Of a DNA stretch of 59,037 nt, positions 1 to 13,297 are shown piece by piece. Origin of the DNA: Neoconidiobolus thromboides FSU 785 (Eukaryota; Fungi; Entomophthoromycota). The stretch is taken from assembly GCA_025603075.1 (NCBI GenBank), contig MU626387.1:1-59037 (forward strand), read 5' to 3'. The notes below the pieces were generated by a model, which was not told the origin of the DNA, did no database searches, and saw only the letters and a program-made list of their open reading frames with translations. The translations under genes and the position numbers were made by a program. How positions within the stretch are numbered: the first letter of the stretch is position 1; each line of letters opens with the position of its first letter.

Positions 1-4
1 AAAT

Positions 5-625
5 GTGACTTTTTATTGGAATCTGATATTGACTTTATTTTATAATGAGTTGGGATATATATTGTTTTTAACAAGGCTATTAAAGGAGAAATATATGAAT
101 CCAAGTAAAGTGAATGAAATACCTACCAATTCAAACCTTGGTTTAATATCAAAGGTAAGAGATCTGCAAAAAAAATATATTACTGTGCTTATTTTATTAA
201 AGTCAAAACTTGATAATAAAGATGATAATTTTTCAATCCTTGATTGTCAATCTCATATTTTATATATAACAAATTACATTATACACTATCTGAATAGCTT
301 AGAATACTTCAATCCAGCTAATAAAAGCAAGTTAGATAATAATAAGAGTAGTTCAGCTATTGATTATCTAAACATAACCTTGATGGGATGTTATCTCACA
401 ATTTATTATGGTGTCAAATTACCATTTTATAAAATGTTTGATCTAGGATTAGATATGATTTGTTGCTCTCTGTATTTTATTCTACGTTATAAACATAGAA
501 GTAAGATTAATTTCAATCTTATTTTTGATAAAGGAATCAATTATATAAAGGAAATTTCCAAGTTGACTATGTTTGCCCATACTGCAAATATACATGTTAC
601 TATACTTTCATTTTCTTCGAACTAA
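5..625 (+). CDS. Uncharacterized protein, probably the 3' part of a gene starting upstream of the window
   Basis: 206-aa open frame at the window edge, long for this AT content; no recognisable motif. Confidence 0.45.
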   Translation: MTFYWNLILTLFYNELGYILFLTRLLKEKYMNPSKVNEIPTNSNLGLISKVRDLQKKYITVLILLKSKLDNKDDNFSILDCQSHILYITNYIIHYLNSLEYFNPANKSKLDNNKSSSAIDYLNITLMGCYLTIYYGVKLPFYKMFDLGLDMICCSLYFILRYKHRSKINFNLIFDKGINYIKEISKLTMFAHTANIHVTILSFSSN

Positions 626-801
626 CCATTTAAATAGATTGTAAATAAAATATTTTTAGAATCAACTTATTTGTTATAAAACTTTATAAATATCAGTGCT
701 TGTAAAATGTTTTTATGTCTTACTAGATTATTTTGCTAAATTATAGTGTATTATTTTATAGTTTTGAATTTAATAAAATAATAAAATATGATGATAAAAA
801 T

Positions 802-899
802 GAGGATGTATTTTTTCGTTTAAGAATTTTACTAGCAAGTTTTTCCACCTAAATAGCACTCAAAAGATAGAAAAAGTGGAGTCAAAAAAAAATACCCCC
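802..899 (+). mobile_element. MITE family copy 1 (diverged)
   Basis: GAGGATGT...ATACCCCC ends, family core TTAAGAATTTTACTA..AAATAGCAC; flanks AAAT/ATAT (1 mismatch). Confidence 0.8.
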
Positions 900-1726
900 A
901 TATATTTGCTCATACCGCCAATATATATGTAGTCTTTTTTTCATCTCCTTTAAGTTAATTTTCCAAGAGCCTTGAATGGCAATGATCCTTTGAAGCTAAT
1001 TTAGCTTGTAGTAAACTTTATGAATCTTTAGCTTCTTTAACATATTTCTATACGCTATTTTACAGTTACTGTATGTAAACATTATTGTTTTTTTAGCTCT
1101 AAAGCTTTAATGTTGGTAAAACAATAAAAGACAAAAGAATACTTACTTACATTAACAAAATTCAAAATCAGAACAGCGTTATAAAAACACTTAAATAATG
1201 CTATAACTTAAAAAGCTTATGAAATCTTTCACTGTTAAAATTAAATTTTTAGTTTTATTTAAACAATAAAAATTACTCATTATTCAATAGAGTAATTATT
1301 CATTTTACCTCTCAAAAAATCATAAGACTTCAAGTACTTCAATCGCCGCAACAAAAAGAACATAAAAATTGGTCTTCTGAGGGCAATATAAGAGCTTGGA
1401 CAGTTTATTTATTTTGCTTGAAAAGTCATAGAGCCCTAAGTATTTTGTTACGAAGAAGTAGTACAACAAACCTCTCTTTTAGTATACCATAATAAGGCTT
1501 CATTCATTTATTCACAAATCATGAGAGTTTACTATTAACTATGACCCTTGTACTTATGAAGTATTAAAAACCATTAAACTTTAAAAAATTGGAATTTCAA
1601 ACAAAAGCACAAATTCAAATTTATAAGTACATGGTGAAACGAATAAATTCTTAAAATCTAAAAGCCCTTTAGATTATAGTGATGAGTACTCTTTATAAAA
1701 TTAGTTTTATGGCTAAAAGTATCAAA

Positions 1727-3061
1727 TCATAAAATTGGGACATTTAGACTTGCAAAATAAATTTGTACAGTTTCAACAAGTGATCGTAGCTCTTCAACTT
1801 CCCTGGAAAGTGACATTAAAGTCTTAATGGTGTTGGCATGGGGCAATCTATTGCTTTCAATAAATTTATAAGCTTCTCTCCTAAGTTCAATGTCAACTAA
1901 GTCTTCTCCTTGCTCCCTTTCAAGCTTAGATTTAAATTGGTTAGCTTGAGAAATAAACTTAACGGCCCTAGCTGCATGTTTTTCATATTCAGCTACTTTA
2001 ATACTAAGTTTTTCTTTTAACCTTACAAATCTCATTAGATAAGCGGATACTTCTTCTTTTTCTAAATCGTAATAAAATTCATCTCCTAATTTCAATTAAT
2101 TATCAAATATTTATTTTAATTTAAAATTACCTTTTGAAAATATTGGTTCATCTACATGGGGTGAAATGACTATCCTTTTACCATTTGAATTCTCGACTGA
2201 AGCATCCATTTTCATCCTTTTTATAGCTGGTGATTCATTATTACCCTTCGGTGAGACTTGGCTTCTTTCACCAAATAAATCCTCATCACTAACGTAATGC
2301 TTAATTTTCCTATTGATGCTATTATTTACAGCGCTGACTTCATTTTTGTGTCTATCTTCTTTATTATGAATAGGACTTTGTTTTGAAATAGAACCTTTCC
2401 TCTTATTTGTTGGTGATTTGCTCATTTTGGCTGACAAATTGACTTGTAGATTGCCATTTGATCTTTTAATTTCATTATTTGAATATTTATCATCGTTTAC
2501 TTTTTGATTACTTTTCACATGATTAACATGGTTATTACTATAACTATTACCATTAATTGAAGCTGTTTTTTGATTAATTAGTGTGGTATCAGCTTCCCTC
2601 AAACTTCCAGTAGTTGAGTTTACTCCTCTATTGCCACGGATCTCAATTGGCGTTATTGGTTTTAAATTGCTATCTTTACTACCAAATTCGTTAGCACTCT
2701 CTCGAGAGTTAGAATTAGGTTGCTCTCTGCTCAGCCTATCTATTGCATATGGAGTCAATCGTTTTGAAGAGAAGTTGAGCCTACAGTCCTTACTAATAAG
2801 GCCCACGTTTTGGCAAATTCTATTAGTATCATCTAGTGAGTATACCGTTCGACAAGTATTTGTATCTAAAATTTGATAATCATATTCGTAATCCCCCATA
2901 ATAAATACTTTTCGATTGGTGTCAAAGTATGCAGTTGGGTCTTCATCTTCACATCTCATAAGATACCTTATAATTTCATCTGGTAACCGAATAGAACTTA
3001 TAGAGTCCATCGAACCTCCATTTTCTGGATTATTTGCTACTTTTTCAATTGTATAATTCAT
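1727..3061 (-). CDS. Hypothetical protein, 2 exons (3061-2131, 2085-1727); S/N-rich disordered middle, helical or coiled-coil C-terminus
   Basis: Two ORFs joined in frame by a 45-nt GT..AG intron (2130-2086), giving ..IFSKG-DEFYY.. Confidence 0.75.
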
Positions 3062-4131
3062 TTAAAAATCTAAGTCATCAATTTTAGCCATTTAACTTAT
3101 AGTTAAAATTTCCGACCAATTAAAAAAGGGTAAAGTATAAGCATATTCTAAATAGAGTGGTAGTTAATTATCTTATGTTCCTGTATAATAACAGTAATGT
3201 CAAATTATTGCAGTCAAAAGAATATTAAAGATAGAGGACTCAAAAATATAAATCTCATTGCCTTAATTATTATAAAAGTACAACAGTAAATAATTGTTAA
3301 ATCTTAGTACTTGCTCTAAAAATTATCAATGATGATTTTATACAGGTAACAAATTAAATTAAATGTTATTCCTTTCATTTTAATAATAATCTAAATCAAA
3401 TCATTGTACTTAATCAACTATAATCTCGGTTTTTAATATTAATAAGTTATTAACTTTTATATTAATACATTTTATAACAGAAAAAGGTAATAGTAATATT
3501 ATATAAAGCAATGAACAAGTAATCACTTTAATATTTTATTAAAAAAATGCAATATAACGAATTTCATTTCTTAGAATTGTGACATGACCAAGCTTATTCT
3601 TTTAAGCTAACTTTAAATAACCTGATTCTGCATTTTGATGCATGTCCATATTAAAAAATAAACTTTATATTCCTAATTTTACTATAGTTATAAAATAGCT
3701 TGATAATAAACATAAACTTTTAATTGTTTGTATTAATAAATTAGCAATAATACAAAAATAGCAAAGCAATAACAAAAATAAAATTATTTTAATTTTAATT
3801 TAATCATAATTGTAAATTAATGCTTACTAAGAGGAGGTATTGTTAGAACAGCTTTAAATTTCTAAAGTGCAAAAGTGAGCCTTAATCTAATTTTATTTGT
3901 TTTAAAAATTTTGTTCTGAAATTTTACAGCACAATATTACGTTCAATTGATTCAACCAGTTATGATTGGTTCATTTTAAAGTCAAATTCCAGCGTTATGA
4001 TTAGTTGTGGGTGGAGTAAAAGCAGTATTATAGCGGATAAAGAATTAAGTTTTCATTCTTGCTGGATCAAAAAAATATCTATAAAGTTTTGCTGATATAT
4101 AACTGTATATTGTATTTAATACCTGTTTATA

Positions 4132-7100
4132 ATGTCGGAGAGAAATTTCATTCCTCCCAACTCAAATTTTGGGTTTAACCAATATAAACCTTTTGATCTA
4201 TCGCATAAGGTAATAATATTTGATAAATAATAGCAGTAAAATAACAAGCTTTTAGAAGTCTCTAGAAGAAGAGCAGTTTGATTCGGAGTTAATTCAGAGT
4301 AGGCCAAGTAAAAACAACGATTCGAATCCTCAAATCGCTAGTTTCCTTAATCGCTTTGAAGTAAACTTATTAACTAAAATATAAAACAACTATTTAACCC
4401 TTTTAAGAATACTATTGAAACTTCCGATTCATATATGGGCAGCAATAATAAACCTAATAGCTACAATCAGTATCAAAGAGATAGCTGGGGTTCATCGCTC
4501 AAAAGTTCATCGGGTACTTTTACTTTTTTGATATTTAGGTCATTTCTAAACTTTAACAAATAGATATCTCATACAACTCTTCAGGCAAAAACTCTTGGCT
4601 AAACCAAGCAACGGTAATAATAATAAAATACTGTACAACTATCTCATACTTTTAGAATGAAAGTACTTTTAATCAGTTTGAGCTTGCTCCAGAATGGGGG
4701 AACTTCCGAAATGAAGGTCGCTCTCTAAATGGTCAAATGAAACCACGATTCGATATGAACCAAGAGGTATAACTTTATAGCAATATGAACCTTTATAACA
4801 TAATTTTAGAGTATAATCAGAACACCTTCCCCAGGATCTATCGATCAGCCAAGAAGATTATCAAAAAATTCAAGTCTGTTGAATAGAGAGAGCTATTATG
4901 GCGATGTTAACAATTCGAATGATAACATTAATCCTCCATTCTATAAACATGAGTCATCTTCACAACATGATATTTGGACATATGGTTCTAATGTTTATGC
5001 TGATTCACCTAAAGATGAATTGCCAAAATTTGCTTTTCCCGGTTTTAAAAATAGACTTTCTCCGCCACAACGTTCATCTTCTACTCCACCTTTCCAATTG
5101 CAACAAGCAGCAAACAGCTCGCAATTTGGAATGAATAATAGAGAAGAGGGCTATGATGAGATGTTCAAGAACTTTAATGGTCTTTCTCTTGAAGATGATA
5201 ATGATGTATATACACTTTGCTACTCATAATTATATATACTAATACTGGTTTAGGAGGAAACGCTGTACCAAGATATTCAATATCGTAAAATGTATCAAAC
5301 TTACCATGCACCTTTTGCTAATAGTAAATGATATGATTATTAAATATCTATGACTAACTTTAACTTTAGAGCAAAGAAATGGCTTACGCTACACTAGTTC
5401 AGGTATTATTCATATTAATTAAATTGACTTTACTCACAAAGTATAGTTTCGGATTTAAGCCAAAGTTGGGAAAGCCAAGAACAAAATTTTAGCACTATGC
5501 CAGCCCTAGGCCGATCTGCTAGTTATTATGGCATGGGTTTTGATAATACACCTCAAAATTATACCCCAAGAAAAGAACCCTATTATGAATCTCAGCTTAG
5601 ACGTCCACATCCTGGCTCAAAATCTGTTTCTAATCAATTCATTAGTCCAGTTCGAGCTAATTCAGCTAATGAGAATAAGTTGCGTGGTAATACTTCTTCT
5701 CCTAATTTCTCAAAAAATCAACAGTATAGCCAAAATCAATTAGTTCAAGCACGCGAACTTCTAATGCTCCAGCACGAACTTTTGAGTCAAAAAGGTCAGA
5801 ATAACCTTGATCGTTATACTAATGAAGCCCCTGTTACTGATTCTGCTAATGACTTAAGAAGTAGAATTTTAGAAGAATTTCGTGTAAACAAAAACAAGAA
5901 ATTTGAAATTAGAGTAAGTTTATTTTAATAAAAGCGAATCAAGACTTATCCTTTTCAGGATATTATTGGTCATGTTGTTGAGTTTAGTGGGGATCAACAT
6001 GGTTCTAGATTTATTCAACAAAAATTAGAAACTTCATCTAGTGAAGATAAGCAGATTGTATTTGATGAAATCTTGCCTAACGCTATTCAACTTATGACTG
6101 ATGTTTTTGGAAACTATGTTATACAGAAGATATTTGAGCATGGTATTGATTTTAATAATAAGCTAAATAATAACTAACAAGAAATCAGGGAGTCAAATCC
6201 AAAAAACTATCCTTGCAAAACAGATGGAAGGCCATATCCTTTCACTTTCGCTTCAAATGTATGGATGTAGAGTTGTACAAAAAGTAGGTTTTGCGTTGAA
6301 AATAGTTGCATTCGTTAATTATATGTTTTAGGCTATAGAGCACATCCTCGTTGATCAACAAGCTAAACTTGTTAAAGAAATTGAAGGCCATGTAATTAAA
6401 TGTGTTAAAGATCAAAATGGAAATCATGTTGTCCAAAAAGCAATTGAAAGAGTTCCAGCTAAAAATATTCAGTTTATTATTGATTCTTTCAATGGGCAAG
6501 TGATTAGCTTAGCTACTCATCCTTATGGTTGTCGTGTAATTCAAAGAATGTTTGAACATTGTACTGAGAAACAGACTGTAGTTTATATTTTAACATTTTT
6601 ATACGCATATTAATATCTTTTTAGAGACCACTATTAGATGAAATACATCGATTCACTCCTTCTTTAGTACAAGATCAATATGGTAATTATGTTATACAAC
6701 ACGTAATGGAAAGAGGAAAGCAAGAAGATCGAAGCATTGTAGTTAGCAAGGTTATTGGACAAGTATACCCACTCAGTAAGCACAAGTTTGCTAGTAATGT
6801 AGTAGAAAAATGTGTTGCACATGGTACCATTCAAGAAAGGAAAAAGCTTATTGAGGAAATCCTTACACCATTAGACGAAGGCACTTATCCGCTTATTTCT
6901 ATGGTTAAAGATCAATATGCTAACTATGTTGTACAAAAAATGATAGATGTAGTTGACGATACCCAAAGAGATTTATTAGTCGCAAGAATCAAACCACATT
7001 TAAATTCTTTACGTAAATTTACTTATGGAAAACATTTAATTACAAGTAAAATTATTAATAACTATTTAATATAAACTAATATATTTTAATAGAAGTAGAA

Positions 7101-7217
7101 AAGATACTTGGACAAATTAAAAAGAGTGGAAGTAAAGATATCAAAGAAGGGGATAACTTTTCAGCAGAAAACTCTTCAAATCAAAAAAATTCATCGACAG
7201 CACCAAGCTACCATTAA
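4132..7217 (+). CDS. Pumilio-family (Puf3/PUM-type) RNA-binding protein, multi-exon
   Basis: ATG at 4132 with spliceable exons. C-terminal PUM repeats ([73 protein letters not shown]). Last exon ends at TAA 7215-7217. Confidence 0.93.
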
Positions 7218-8123
7218 TAGCTCTTAAGCGGAAAAATATTCATTTTTGTAATTATCGTTTAATATACTTAGTTTTTTTTCAAATTGCTATTAGCTTCCTT
7301 TTTCGTTTTAAAATACCTTAATCAAACCATTATAAAATTACCATCGTAATCCCAGTTTTTTAAAATAGTCACTTTTGAGCCCAAAGAAGAGGAAACAAAA
7401 ATTTCATAGTTTATAGATAGTCCACTTAAATTAATAATATAATACCTAATTTTTTTAAGCTATAGTTTTTTTTGTTGGGACTTGAGCTCCTTTAGTCTAC
7501 CCATGTATTAATTTACTTTTGTTTTAACACACTTTTATTCTTTTTTCTGTTGTTATTAAAACCTTGTGATAAATTTAAAGATTGCTTTTTTTTACTGCTT
7601 TTTATTAAATAGTTATTTTTGTTATAAATATGAAATGATTCATTGTATTTTATTTATCATATTTTATATGGTTAAAATTGAAAGGCTTTTTGACAAAGTA
7701 AAGTATCTTTAAGAGGTTACTAAGGACAAAGCTTTGTTTTAGGGTGCCATATAGAGTTATAAAGATGAAGTGTTATTTGAGTACCAACTTTAGCTATTTC
7801 AAAGGAATAAAAGTATGATAACACTCATTACCTCTATTTCTTAGAAAGTTCGTTTGAATAGTAAAGTACTAAGCTTTGCTATTCTGAAGATTAAAAAAAT
7901 ATAAGAGCATCACTTTTGTTCAGCATTTAAATGTGACTATTAACTTTTCATTAGCTAAAAAATAAGATAAACAAACTAAAGACATTCCCATATATTTAAA
8001 TAACGCAATTCTAATAAAAAACACAATTGCTTTACACTTTAATCTTTATTAGGATCTATTATTTTATATTTATACACATAGTTATAAATGTATATCCAAT
8101 ATAAACTCAAGAATAAAAAACAA

Positions 8124-10003
8124 TTAATAAATAGGAAATTGATCATCAATTTGTTTTGACCAAGCGTAAAGTCCTCCTCTAACATCTAAAATAACTTGAG
8201 GATACGCCTTCAACCCCTCTTGTTGAAATAGTTGATTTAGTTTAGCCACAGCTAATTGAGAATCATTACCCAATCTACAATTAATAAACAATACTGGTTC
8301 TAATAGATAAATCAAATGGTAAAATCAATATATGAAAGTATAATAATATAGTAATAATAGTATGTTCTTACTTTGATTTTGTATGCTCTTTTGGTAAATC
8401 AGCTCGATAATTTCTTCATTTCTTTTTTCGATTTCTTTCAATGGTATATCTAATTTAAAGTTGATCAATCAAGAGCTAATAAAGTACATATAGCCCTTAC
8501 TAATAGCCATAGGTAAATGACAAATTTCAAACTGAATAGGTTCACGTACATCTAATAAAATAAAGGGAAGGATAGAAGCATGCAAATTTAACCAATCATT
8601 AAATTCGGTAACGGTAATTCTTTGATTATTATTTAATAGCTCAAGAGATGGAGCTTTATCTAAGATACTACTATTACAAAACTGCTCATAATCTTGTAAC
8701 TCAGTGATTGTTCTATTTTCACCACAAATTTGGCATTTCTTTTGTTTTTGTCTCAATTTTATACTGTTAAAATTAGGTACTCTGTCTGCAGAATACAACG
8801 TCATATAAGGTTGATAATTATCTATTTTATGATTGAGATTATTATTGTATATTTATTACTACTATTATTTATTTTACCTTGATTATAATATTCAATTAAA
8901 ATTTTAATAGCTTCAATAGCTTGTAAAGACCCGATAATACCCGTAACTAAAACAAATTAATTATAAACACAATAGAGCAAATAAAAACTAACCAGGTCCT
9001 AGCACTCCCCCATCAGCACAATTAGTAACAGTATCAGCTGGTGGTGGTATTGGATACAAACAACGATAACAAGGTCCATTCAAATAATTATATATCAAAA
9101 TCTAAATGAATTAAAATTATCTTATTACTTCTCGTTACTTTCAACTATAGTAAGGTTATTACCTGTCCATGTAACCTCAAAGCGGATCCAGAAACCAAAG
9201 GTTTGTTTAGAAGTACACAGGTATCATTAATCAAATAACGAGTGACCACGTTATCAGTGCAATCTAAGATCACGTCATACCCTTGAAATATTTCCATTGC
9301 ATTTTTAGTATCCAAAACTTCACAATAAGCTATACACTCACAGAATGAGTTAATACTAAAAAAGCAATGTTACACAAACATAAAAAATTAACTCAATTTC
9401 AATACTCACTTTTGAATTGCCATTTTAGCTGAAAGAGCTTTATAATGACCTTCCCTACTTTCAGTATGTATAATCTGTCTATGTAAGTTGGAAGCGTCTA
9501 CCAAGTCATGGTCAATAATACCTATCTTACCCACTCCTGCTGCTGCTAAATATAAACCTGCTGGAGAACCTAGTCCTCCTGCTCCAACGATTAGAACTTT
9601 GCTTTGTTTCAGCTTTCTTTGTCCTATGGAAAAAATAGGTTATTTATCTGATTTTTCAAAATTTTGGATATAATCAGTTACCTCCTATTCCCATGATTGG
9701 TAATATAAGCTGACGCCCATACCTCCTTATCTCAGCATTGGATAAATTGTTACTGGTCATAGGATTTAAATGCGCTATAGTATCTCTTTTTATAGTTGTG
9801 CTATTTAATAAACAGTTTTGTCTGGTATGTGGATTAATGTTTGAGTTTTCATAATTTTGAGCATTGTTTAAATCAAGTTGGTAAGTTAACTTATTATCAT
9901 GTTGTTGCTCAGGTAAAATTAATTTTAAATTTAATTTGAGTAGCTCAATCTCTTCTTTTAGTCGCTCATTTTCTTCCTGTAACTCTCTAAGTTGGTGATC
10001 CAT
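8124..10003 (-). CDS. UBA4: Adenylyltransferase/sulfurtransferase Uba4/MOCS3, multi-exon
   Basis: [16 protein letters not shown] nucleotide-binding motif, GPCYRC and CQIC zinc ligands, C-terminal rhodanese domain with CRLGND and [15 protein letters not shown]. Confidence 0.95.
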
Positions 10004-10594
10004 CTTATCGTTTTATTATCAGGTTTTTTATATATGATTGAACAAGGAAAATTTTATGAATTTTTTATATTTATGATCTTGTAAAACTAATGATTTTAAA
10101 GGTTTGTTGTGACTATTTGCTTACCAAATTCTGATTTTATTGGCCCGTTTGAGTTTGCAGGAAAATTTAGTACTTACTATTTATTAGCTATGATTTAGCT
10201 AAACGTTGAAATTTATATTTACTTTGTAATAACATTAAATTTAGTTGCACTATTTTTAACAAGAATCTGTATAATGGCTATATAAATTGCTTAAAGATAA
10301 TTTATAGAGAGTAAATGTATATTCCAGAGTTATAGTAGTAAAGCTAATGATTATTGAAGTTTTAATTCTAAATTCTAAAATCTCGAAAATTATCTAATTA
10401 AATCGTTTAATACTAATTTAATACGTTGTATAACATAACTTAATCACATTGAGTTGATAGATTTTATACAATTATGAGATGTTAATAGAATTTTTTTTCA
10501 ATCTGAACAAGAAGTCTTTGAGATTTGTACCTAATACACAAAATAACTCCAAATAAGACAAATAAACAACAGCAAACAAATTTAGAAAATAAAC

Positions 10595-10693
10595 GGTAAT
10601 GTATTTTTGTGTTTAAGAATTTTATTAATAACCTTTCCACTCAAATAGTGCTTAAAAAATGGAGAAGGTGATGAAGCCAAAAAAAACATCCCC
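10595..10693 (+). mobile_element. MITE family copy 2
   Basis: Family core; right TIR ACATCCCC; exact 4-bp flanking duplication AAAC/AAAC. Confidence 0.85.
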
Positions 10694-11302
10694 AAACTAA
10701 AATTATTAGAGAAGCAAAATTAACAAATATAAACATCAAAGTTTGTAGATAACAGTTGTAGTTGCTTCCTTTTTTGAAAGTATCTCAAATTGCTTTTTAA
10801 AGTTGATTTTTTATCTTATTAGATATTAATCAACAATGCTTAACTAATACTATTCTAAAATACATAATCGTTATAATAGTTAGAAAACAGTTTTATAAGA
10901 TTTATATTAAAGAATCCTTTAAGTGAATGTTAATAAAAGCGAAGTATTAATATAGTACTATACTTTTTCAAATACAAATGCTTGATTCTAAATATAAAAT
11001 TGAACTCTGATTAATATCCCAAATAGTCCATTTTCATAGCAATGAACAATTTACAGTTAAAATTCGAGTATTTTTTACTACAGAAGCCATTAAACGATGT
11101 TTAATAGTAATTTTGTAATGTAAAAAAAAGTTCGATGATTTTGAAGATAGCAGGTTGATCATTTTTTCTTAATAAATATTAGGTGAATATTAATTTTAAA
11201 CAAGAAAATGAAAAGAACAGCAAATACTAATGTTAAACTGAAAAATAGAAAATAACTATAAATAGGAATAAATGTTTACATAGCAGTTAACTTTTTTTTA
11301 AA

Positions 11303-11680
11303 ATGATAAAATTTTTATTGTTCTCTATCTTTTTAATATTTATACAAGGTGAACTCAAATGCCCTGACCCCGAAAATACACCCTGTTACACAAAAAAGAA
11401 GAGGGATAAATTTGGTGATATGGCCAAATGTTTAGGTTATGGCTGTTCCCCATGCTGGAAAAAAGAACACAATACATGGGTATGTTATGAGCGACATGAA
11501 ATAGATTGCAGTTCATCTGGTACAATTGATTTAGACGATTATGAAAGATCATGCAAAAGGTATGAAAGAGAGGATGTTTTGGATATTGGAAAACTATTGA
11601 ACGAAAAATCCACGTTAGATCTCGAAAATTTATTGAAAAAAGACAAAGAAACTTTGGATATTTCACGCTTAATCAAATAA
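11303..11680 (+). CDS. Small secreted cysteine-rich protein (effector or toxin candidate), 125 aa
   Basis: Intronless ORF, signal-peptide-like N-terminus MIKFLLFSIFLIFIQG, 8 Cys in the mature N-terminal part, AAAATG start context. Confidence 0.75.
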   Translation: MIKFLLFSIFLIFIQGELKCPDPENTPCYTKKKRDKFGDMAKCLGYGCSPCWKKEHNTWVCYERHEIDCSSSGTIDLDDYERSCKRYEREDVLDIGKLLNEKSTLDLENLLKKDKETLDISRLIK

Positions 11681-11732
11681 ATAAAGATACAAGATATTTT
11701 TGCTGTAGCTTTTAATTTTTTTAGATTTTATT

Positions 11733-13297
11733 TTAATACTTAGCGCAATGGTGTAAAAAATCGGTGGGTTTGGTAATTGCAATAATGGCATCTTTGATTT
11801 GTTTAGCACTAACTGTACTTTTTAAGACTTGGAAATTACGCACTCTTTTTGTTTGTTTATCAGCAAAAACGAGTAACTCTTCTTTAATAAGTCTTTGTAA
11901 AGCCTGAAAGAAATGTATTAATACAATGGTTAGAAGAAAGAGGGAATTTATTACCTGTTCGGCTTTTTCTTTTGATTCAGCTTTTTCATTCATACCAGCA
12001 ATACCAATTCTTTTTGCACAATTATCCCCATATTTTTTGTAGATTAACTCAAAATTAAATACTGTTTTACCCTCTATTATTAGCTTTTGGACTGCTATTA
12101 GTAGAGCTAACTCTAGCCAAGGTAGCCCTTGAATCTGTATTATTTCATGATCTTTTTTCATACCTTGGATTTGTATTGCTTTTTCAAAACTCTCTGCTTT
12201 TAAACTAAAATCATTTAGATATAACGCCATATGCTAGTTTAGCTTAGTAAAGGAAAGTGAAAGGACTTAATAAATACTCACTGAAAAATTTAAAAAATCT
12301 GTAACACTTTGATGGATCTCAAGAAATTCTCTACAGAGTGATAACATTTTTTTGTCTTTGAGTAGTTCCTACAGTATTTATTAATTTAACTAAATGACTT
12401 ATTTTAAATTATTACCTCAACTTGCTCGTTATGTTTGGTAAACTCCCTATCCTTAATTTCATTTTCAATCAATAAAGCATTTTTTAATATCTCTAAATAA
12501 TCTTGTATTTTCTGAGGTGGGTCTACATAAATTTGACGATGAGAAAATCTCGATTTAACTCTTTTTTCTAAATGGTCATGAATTTCCTAAACTCCTTAAC
12601 ATTATTCTCTTAAATTACATAAAATACCTACAATTTTATTTGTAATTCCAATTATGACCAAATTAACAGGAGTATCTCTTTGAACCAAATCAAATAAATT
12701 ATAAAGTAAAGTTTGTTTCGGGTGTAAAGCAAATAGATCCATATTTTCTAATACTATTAATAAACTACTTTTATTTTCTTTTTCTTCTTTTTTTCTATTT
12801 TTTTCCTTTTTACTTTTATTTCCTAATTCTTGTAAAATGTATTCCAGTGCTTTATTTAAAGAAAATGCATCACTAACTGTCTCTTCTAATCCATCTTCCA
12901 TCCTTTCTTCAATTTGGTAATTACTCTTAAGCTGTTTGGCCATACCAATAATAGACTCTCTTGCATTTTGGTGAAAGTTACCATCTAATTCAATCTTTAT
13001 AAATTTTTCCAAAACTTCTGTTTGTATTTCATTGATCACTTTATTTAATAGTGTTGTTTTTCCACATCCACATGGACCAACCATCAATAATGAATTGCTC
13101 TCGTTTCCAGTCAAACTTTTTGATAGTAATCCCTTTAACATACTGTTTACCTAATATTAACTATTAATGTAAAATTTCATTATTTTTATGTACCTATGTT
13201 GCTCTTTTAAGCCTACTAATTGAACAGGTGGTCGACTCCCACTTAACCTCTCAATAATTTTTAAATTCTCTTGGTACATCTTGTTATCCTCCACCAT
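11733..13297 (-). CDS. ORC4: Origin recognition complex subunit 4 (AAA+), multi-exon
   Basis: ATG 13297; GESNSLLMVGPCGCGKT Walker A; ORC4-typical DLFALHPKQTLLYNLFD; LELALLIA..FNFELIY winged-helix region. Confidence 0.9.

Noticed and set aside
2583-2876. 97-aa plus-strand ORF
   Set aside because: Antisense shadow of the 1727-3061 gene. The same applies to 4116-4307, 9488-9673, 11355-11666, 17314-17523, 34074-34301, 40678-40987, 46808-46996, 54949-55176 and 56256-56459.
4898-5743. Alternate-frame ORFs 4898-5134 and 5528-5743
   Set aside because: Out-of-frame overlaps within Pumilio exons.
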